From: Verrucomicrobiota bacterium | GTDB lineage: Bacteria; Verrucomicrobiota; Verrucomicrobiia; Limisphaerales; UBA1096 | DNA: 33,288 nt | Assembly (NCBI GenBank): GCA_003972865.1 | Contig: QOAX01000295.1 | Location: 1-33,288 of the forward strand | Direction of reading: 5' to 3' | Notes under the pieces: model-generated | What the model was told of the DNA's origin: nothing | The model's database searches: none | The model's input: only the letters and a program-made list of their open reading frames with translations | Position numbers and translations under genes: made by a program | Shown: one piece after another, positions 27,975 through 33,288 of the stretch | Layout: each line of letters begins with the position of its first letter | Position numbering within the stretch: the first letter of the stretch is position 1

Positions 27975-29390
27975 ATGAAAACACTCGTAACAACCATGCT
28001 GCTCGGCTCGGCTGTCTGCTTTCAAGCGGCCGATTGGCCCAACTGGCGCGGCCCGGACCACAATGGCATCTCCCAGGAAACGGACTGGTCCGAGAAATGG
28101 GGCTCGAGCGGCCCCAAGCGACTTTGGAATGCCTCGGTCGGCACTGGCGTTGCCACCGTCTCGGTGGCCGACGGACGGGTGTTCACCATGGGCAACAAAT
28201 CCAACCGCGACTCGGTTTACGCCCTGGAGGAAGCGACTGGTGATATCCTGTGGCGACATTCCTATTCTGAAGCATTAAGCCCCAAACAATACGATGGTGG
28301 ACCCAGTGCAACTCCTACCGCCGACGGCGAATACGTTTACACCCTTAGCAAAACTGGGAAGGCGTTTTGTCTTGAGGCGTCCACTGGAGACGAGGTGTGG
28401 AACAGGGATTTAAAACAACTCTACAGTCTTCCGACGCCTACCTGGGGTTTTGCCTCCTCAGCGTTGATCCATGGAGACAAGGTTGTTTACAATGTTGGCT
28501 CACGCGGGATTGCACTTAGTAAGACAAACGGCAGCCTCAAGTGGAAGACCGCCAGTGGCACACCAGGCTATGCAACCCCCGTTCGCTACGACCATCGCGG
28601 CACCGAGGCTTTCATCATGTTCGGCCCCAGCTACGCCTATGGCGTGAATGCCGCCACGGGCAAGCAGCTCTGGTCCAAGTCCTTTAAATCGAGCGACATC
28701 AATGCCGCAGACCCAGTTTTGTACGATGGCAAGATCTTCCTCACCTCCAGCTCCCGTGACGGCGAGTTGATCGAGCTGAGTGGCACCAGCACAAGTTCCA
28801 AATGGAAGAACCGCAACATGCGTATCTACTTAAACGCCGGGGTGGTGATCGGCGATTATTTGTACGGTGCCGATGGCACTACCAATCGCGGCAACACGGT
28901 CCGCTGCATCAACATGGAAACCGGCGAAACCGAGTGGACAAAAAACAGCATTCCTTGCGCTTCTATCACCGCTGCTGATGCCAAACTGATCATACTCAGC
29001 CTCACCGGTGACCTTTACATCGCCGAGGCGTCGCCGAGCCGTTTTATGCAACTGGCCAAGGCCAAGGTCATCACCGGCACCTGCTTGACCGTGCCGGTCC
29101 TGGCCAACCGAAGCCTCTACGTCCGCAACTCTCGCGGCACGCTCTACAAGCTGCAAATGAGCGAGATGGTGGTCGAGCCGCAGCCGTTGGCGGTTAATTT
29201 TGCCGGCAGCTACCTCGAGTTCTCCTGGCCGGCCAAAGGCAACTTCATCCTCGAGTCTGCCGATGCGCTTGGCCAAGCAGCCGACTGGAGCGAGGTCGGC
29301 GGAAGACCGCCCACCACGGAGGATGACCGTTACGTTGTCCGCGTCAGGCCAAGCGCTGGACAGCAATTTTTCCGTCTCCGCAGCGAATGA
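27975..29390 (+). CDS. Secreted PQQ-binding-like beta-propeller protein with an extra C-terminal domain
   Basis: Signal peptide, DWPNWRGPDHNG, GPSATP, propeller repeats, about 70-aa tail ending QQFFRLRSE. Confidence 0.85.
   Translation: MKTLVTTMLLGSAVCFQAADWPNWRGPDHNGISQETDWSEKWGSSGPKRLWNASVGTGVATVSVADGRVFTMGNKSNRDSVYALEEATGDILWRHSYSEALSPKQYDGGPSATPTADGEYVYTLSKTGKAFCLEASTGDEVWNRDLKQLYSLPTPTWGFASSALIHGDKVVYNVGSRGIALSKTNGSLKWKTASGTPGYATPVRYDHRGTEAFIMFGPSYAYGVNAATGKQLWSKSFKSSDINAADPVLYDGKIFLTSSSRDGELIELSGTSTSSKWKNRNMRIYLNAGVVIGDYLYGADGTTNRGNTVRCINMETGETEWTKNSIPCASITAADAKLIILSLTGDLYIAEASPSRFMQLAKAKVITGTCLTVPVLANRSLYVRNSRGTLYKLQMSEMVVEPQPLAVNFAGSYLEFSWPAKGNFILESADALGQAADWSEVGGRPPTTEDDRYVVRVRPSAGQQFFRLRSE
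29267..29278. repeat. Perfect 12-bp palindrome GCTTGGCCAAGC (only TTGGCCAA-containing copy seen after the tRNA)
   Basis: Inside the 3' part of the PQQ-like CDS, read as A-L-G-Q-A. Confidence 0.95.
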
Positions 29391-29479
29391 GATGGCACCA
29401 TATAGGCAACTTCACGTTGATTGAGACCTCCTCCGCAAACACGGCGGCAAGACGGGTGCAGAATTGAAAGCTGAAGGGA

Positions 29480-29510
29480 AATGAAACACCTCCTACTCAC
29501 AGCAATCGCA
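29480..29510 (+). repeat. 31-bp direct repeat, copy 2 (AATGAAACACCTCCTACTCACAGCAATCGCA)
   Basis: Forms the start of CDS 29481. Confidence 0.95.
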
Positions 29511-31931
29511 ATGGTTGTCGCGCTTCTGTGGCCTTGCGTGAGCTATGGCGAAAAACAAGAGGCTTCCGACAAACAATTCCGGGAACAGATTGCGCCTCTG
29601 TTGGAAAAGCGTTGCGCAGGCTGTCACGGAGCCAAGAAACCAAAAGGCAACCTGAGGGTGGATCAGCTGGATCTGGATTTCATTCACGGGAGGGACACTG
29701 AGACTTGGCACGACATTCTGGACGCCTTGAATCGGGGAGAAATGCCGCCTGAGGACGAGCCTCAGCTCAGCGACGCGCAACGGCAGACGCTGGTGAATTG
29801 GATTACGATCCGAATGACTCATGCCGCCCATGTGAAGCGGGCCACCGGCGGACAGGGCGTCCTTCGTCGGTTGACCCGATATGAATACAACAACACGATG
29901 GCGGACCTGCTGGGAATCCCCTTGGACTACTCCAAAGACCTCCCCCCCGAACCGAACAGCGAGGATGGCTTCATGAACAATGCCATGGCCATGGGCATGT
30001 CCGGCATGCAATTGGAGTATTATCTGCGAGCCGCCCAATTGGGCTTGAGCAAGGCTCTGGTGGAAGGTCCGGAACCCAAACGTTTTGAACACACGGGAAC
30101 GGTCAATGTGGGGCGCAGAAAAGGACGCGCCCCCAAAACGCCGCACACGAGCAACATCCAACCCGGCAATTGCTTCATGACCCGAGTAATGGACTACCCC
30201 GTTTCCGGACCGGTCCGCGTCCGGGTGAAGGCCCACGCCGTCATCCCCGAAGGCAAAGGTCCGCCGCGCATGCGGGTGATGATTGGGGTCCGGGCGGACA
30301 CCTATGTTCCCGGCGGACAGGTCGGCCCGGAGGTGGATGTCACCGCCAGCGCAGATGAGCCAGGAACCTATGAATTCACGGGATGGCTGGAGCATTTCCC
30401 GATGTTGAAATCTCCCTCCAATTTCCCCGGACTGCTGGTCAATGTTCACAATGTGTATGATGACGGCTCCAACGCCATCGAACTGCTGGACAAGAAGATT
30501 GGCGAACAGGAAAAGAAACTCAACCAACCCGACCTCAATCAACCTTGGCTGGTGGTGGAGTCGGTGGAATTCGTCGCTCCCGACCACCAGGTTTGGCCGC
30601 CTCAACGCCATCGGAACATCTTGTTTCAGGGAGCCGATATTCCCGACGATGAAACCGCTTACGCACGACAAGTCCTCAAGCGTTTCATGCGACGCGCGTA
30701 TCGTCGTCCGCCCACCCCCGATGAGGTTGAGTACGTCCTGCGGTTTCACAACAAGATCCGCCCGGACTACCCGAACTTCATCGAGGCCATACGCCAAAGC
30801 CTGGCCATGACGCTGATCTCCCCTCAGTTTCTGTATCTGGTTGAGCCCAAACGAGCGGGCAAGGCGGCCCGACGCCTGACCGATCACGAAGTGGCCGCGC
30901 GCCTCTCCTATTTCCTTTGGAGCACAATGCCCGACGAGAAACTGAGTCAACTGGCGGACAGTGGCTCCCTGAGAAAAGGCAAGACTCTTTCAGCCCAGGT
31001 TCGACGGATGCTCGCTGACCCGAAGGCGCAACGTTTCGTCGACCAATTCACGGATCAGTGGCTGGACCTCTCTTCACTGGACCGGGTCGCGGTCAACCCC
31101 CAGTTCTACCCGGAATTCAAGGACCGTGTAAAAACCGCCATGCACCAGGAAACGCTGCATTTCTTTTCGGAAATCCTGCGCAACAAACTATCGGCGCTAA
31201 ATTTCCTGGATTCCGATTTCACGATACTCAACGAGCGTTTGGCAAAGCACTACGGCATCGAGGGGGTCACCGGAACGGAAATGAGGAGGGCGGCCCTGAA
31301 ACCGGCCTACAAACGGGGGGGACTCATCACTCAGGGCAGCATGCTGATCGGCAATTCAACGGGTGAGGATTCCCACCCCATCAACCGCGCGGTATGGATC
31401 CTGAAACGTCTGCTGGACGAACCGCCGTCCCCGCCGCCCGCCAACGTGCCGGCCTTGGATTCCGAAACGCCGGGCTTCGACAAGCTCACCCTGAAGGGGC
31501 AATTGGCGGTCCATAGAGAGAAGGCCGCCTGTGTCAGTTGCCATCGCAAGATCGATCCCTGGGGCATTCCCCTGGAACACTACGACGCGGCCGGCCTGTA
31601 TCGGACGGAGGCGCTCCGATTGACCGCAAACCAGAAGGGCCAGACACGTAACAAGGTCGGCAAAGCCCCTTTGGACGCGGGCGATGTCATGCCGGATGGA
31701 ACGGCCATCCAGGGAGCCGATGAATTGAAGGATTACCTCTTGCGGGAGAAAAAGGATGCCTTCGCGCGGGCACTCGTCGTGAAGTTGACAACCTATGCAT
31801 TGGGGCGTTACCTTGAATTTACCGACGATAAAATCGTCGATGACTTGACCGCCCGATTCCAAGAACAGGGATATCGGCTGGATAAACTGATCCAATCTAT
31901 CGTTGCATCCGAACTGTTCCTTACCCGCTGA
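29481..31931 (+). CDS. DUF1592/DUF1588-type protein with planctomycete cytochrome c domains
   Basis: CAGCH and CVSCH heme motifs, GEMPP, LRRLTRYEYNNT, AARLSYFLWSTMPD, QFTDQWL, RGGLITQGS. Confidence 0.88.
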   Translation: MKHLLLTAIAMVVALLWPCVSYGEKQEASDKQFREQIAPLLEKRCAGCHGAKKPKGNLRVDQLDLDFIHGRDTETWHDILDALNRGEMPPEDEPQLSDAQRQTLVNWITIRMTHAAHVKRATGGQGVLRRLTRYEYNNTMADLLGIPLDYSKDLPPEPNSEDGFMNNAMAMGMSGMQLEYYLRAAQLGLSKALVEGPEPKRFEHTGTVNVGRRKGRAPKTPHTSNIQPGNCFMTRVMDYPVSGPVRVRVKAHAVIPEGKGPPRMRVMIGVRADTYVPGGQVGPEVDVTASADEPGTYEFTGWLEHFPMLKSPSNFPGLLVNVHNVYDDGSNAIELLDKKIGEQEKKLNQPDLNQPWLVVESVEFVAPDHQVWPPQRHRNILFQGADIPDDETAYARQVLKRFMRRAYRRPPTPDEVEYVLRFHNKIRPDYPNFIEAIRQSLAMTLISPQFLYLVEPKRAGKAARRLTDHEVAARLSYFLWSTMPDEKLSQLADSGSLRKGKTLSAQVRRMLADPKAQRFVDQFTDQWLDLSSLDRVAVNPQFYPEFKDRVKTAMHQETLHFFSEILRNKLSALNFLDSDFTILNERLAKHYGIEGVTGTEMRRAALKPAYKRGGLITQGSMLIGNSTGEDSHPINRAVWILKRLLDEPPSPPPANVPALDSETPGFDKLTLKGQLAVHREKAACVSCHRKIDPWGIPLEHYDAAGLYRTEALRLTANQKGQTRNKVGKAPLDAGDVMPDGTAIQGADELKDYLLREKKDAFARALVVKLTTYALGRYLEFTDDKIVDDLTARFQEQGYRLDKLIQSIVASELFLTR

Positions 31932-31947
31932 CGAAACCAAACTTATT

Positions 31948-33288
31948 ATGACGCGCAAATCATGGCATCTAGATCGAAGGTCCTTTTTGAAGGGAAGCGG
32001 CGTGGCTCTGGCTCTTCCCTTTCTGGAGTGCATGCAGTTGGGAGCCAAAGAGTCCCGGCAGGAAGACATACCCAAACGCCTGTGCTCGGTGTATTTCCCC
32101 TACGGAGCCAGCGTGCCGGCGGACAATCATGCGGACCGGGACTGGGGCTGGTTTCCCGTGCGGGAGGGAGACAGCTTCCGATATACCCAGGTCATGAAGT
32201 CCCTGGAGCCATTGCGTCGATCCGTCAGCGTCATTGGCGGTCTCTCTCATCCCAGCGGACTTCATATCGGCGGGCATGACACCGGAGATATCTTTCTGAC
32301 GGGCGCCAGTTTCAAAGGAGCCAATTACAGAAACTCGGTCTCGTTTGATCAGGTCGCGGCGGAAAAGTTTGGCTCCAAAACCCGCTTTTCCTCTCTGGTT
32401 CTTTCCAGCGACGGCGGCATTGGAATGCCCACCCGCTCCAAGACGCTTTCCTTCACCCAATCCGGTCAACCCATCCCCGCTCTCGACAAACCGCGACAGA
32501 TCTTTGAGCGCCTCTTCGGGGACGAACAGGGCAGCAAGGAGCAAACGCGTCGCCGACTGGCAACCGAAGCCAGCATGCTGGACCTGGTCATGGAGCAATC
32601 CAAATCACTGCGCGGCAAATTGGGAAAACAGGATCAACTGAAGTACGACGAATATCTTAGCTCGGTCCGCGACGTTGAAAAACGGGTCCGCAGGAGCGAG
32701 GCCTGGTTGGAGATCCCCAAGGCCAATGTGAACGAGGAAGAACTGGAGCTCTCGGCCAGCACGGACGCCCCTCTGGAATACATTCGAGTCATGTATGACC
32801 TGATGTATCTGGCCTTTCAAACGGACTCCACCCGCGTGGCCACCTACATGCTCAGCGCCATGAATGGCAAAGTGTCCAACCAGTTTCCCAGGGCGCTGGG
32901 TCTCTCCAGCCAGCACGACCTGGCTCACAAGGCGGGCAAGCCCGGAGGGTTTCCGCGACAAGGCAAATGGAATCAATGCCTGATTGAAAACCTGGCTTAT
33001 TTCCTCCATCGACTGGACGACACTCCTGAAGGAGATGGAACTATGCTGGATAATTCAATGATCCTGCTCGGAACCTCCAACAGCCGCACGCACAACAATC
33101 GGAACTATCCCCTCGTGCTCGCCGGGGGAGCCAATCTGGGAATGAAGCATGGACAGTTTCTCACCTACAACAAGGGGAACGAGGACCAACCGATGTCCAA
33201 TCTGCTCTTCACCCTGTTGAACCGAATGGGCGTCTCAGACACCGGATTCTCCGACAGCTCCGGCGATCTTTCGGAACTCTACGTCTAG
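31948..33288 (+). CDS. DUF1552 domain protein (Tat-like leader)
   Basis: LDRRSFLKGSGVALALPFLE, SFDQVAA, IFERLFG, AFQTDSTRVAT, EGDGTMLDNS, PMSNL; usual partner of DUF1592. Confidence 0.9.
   Translation: MTRKSWHLDRRSFLKGSGVALALPFLECMQLGAKESRQEDIPKRLCSVYFPYGASVPADNHADRDWGWFPVREGDSFRYTQVMKSLEPLRRSVSVIGGLSHPSGLHIGGHDTGDIFLTGASFKGANYRNSVSFDQVAAEKFGSKTRFSSLVLSSDGGIGMPTRSKTLSFTQSGQPIPALDKPRQIFERLFGDEQGSKEQTRRRLATEASMLDLVMEQSKSLRGKLGKQDQLKYDEYLSSVRDVEKRVRRSEAWLEIPKANVNEEELELSASTDAPLEYIRVMYDLMYLAFQTDSTRVATYMLSAMNGKVSNQFPRALGLSSQHDLAHKAGKPGGFPRQGKWNQCLIENLAYFLHRLDDTPEGDGTMLDNSMILLGTSNSRTHNNRNYPLVLAGGANLGMKHGQFLTYNKGNEDQPMSNLLFTLLNRMGVSDTGFSDSSGDLSELYV

Noticed and set aside
1155-29278. Treating the palindrome copies as REP elements, a CRISPR array or IS ends
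   Set aside because: Copies are only 10-14 bp, mostly intragenic and irregularly spaced, with no loop, spacers or adjacent transposase/cas genes.
31370-31380. TCCCACCC match to the tRNA 3' end
   Set aside because: Only 8 bp and inside a conserved CDS; chance match.

Overview
Bacterial genomic DNA, high-GC over the first ~23 kb (about 63-67% by eye). Gene content (FG-GAP/ASPIC-UnbV protein, PQQ-like propellers, DUF1592/DUF1552 pair, Trx/PDZ protein) suggests Verrucomicrobiota or another PVC lineage; this is inference. 1-23.2 kb is housekeeping and metabolic core: an in-frame trpB/hisC chimera at the left edge, fabI, pyrE, rnhB, yraN, nfeD-floA and several oxidoreductases. A tRNA-Lys(TTT) at 23222-23296 is followed by a lower-GC integrated element (tyrosine integrase, P4/D5-type SF3 helicase with no visible primase domain, a candidate origin, two small ORFs) and then secreted cargo-like genes. 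The most striking signal not explained by the genes is a highly iterated palindrome, consensus CGCTTGGCCA(A/G)GCG. It is scattered through the core in all reading frames and nearly absent after the tRNA, resembling cyanobacterial HIP1 but with a different sequence. A second signal is a 31-bp repeat encoding a shared signal-peptide start (MKHLLLT), which marks gene-swap junctions in the cargo region. All counts were done by hand and no database searches were run.
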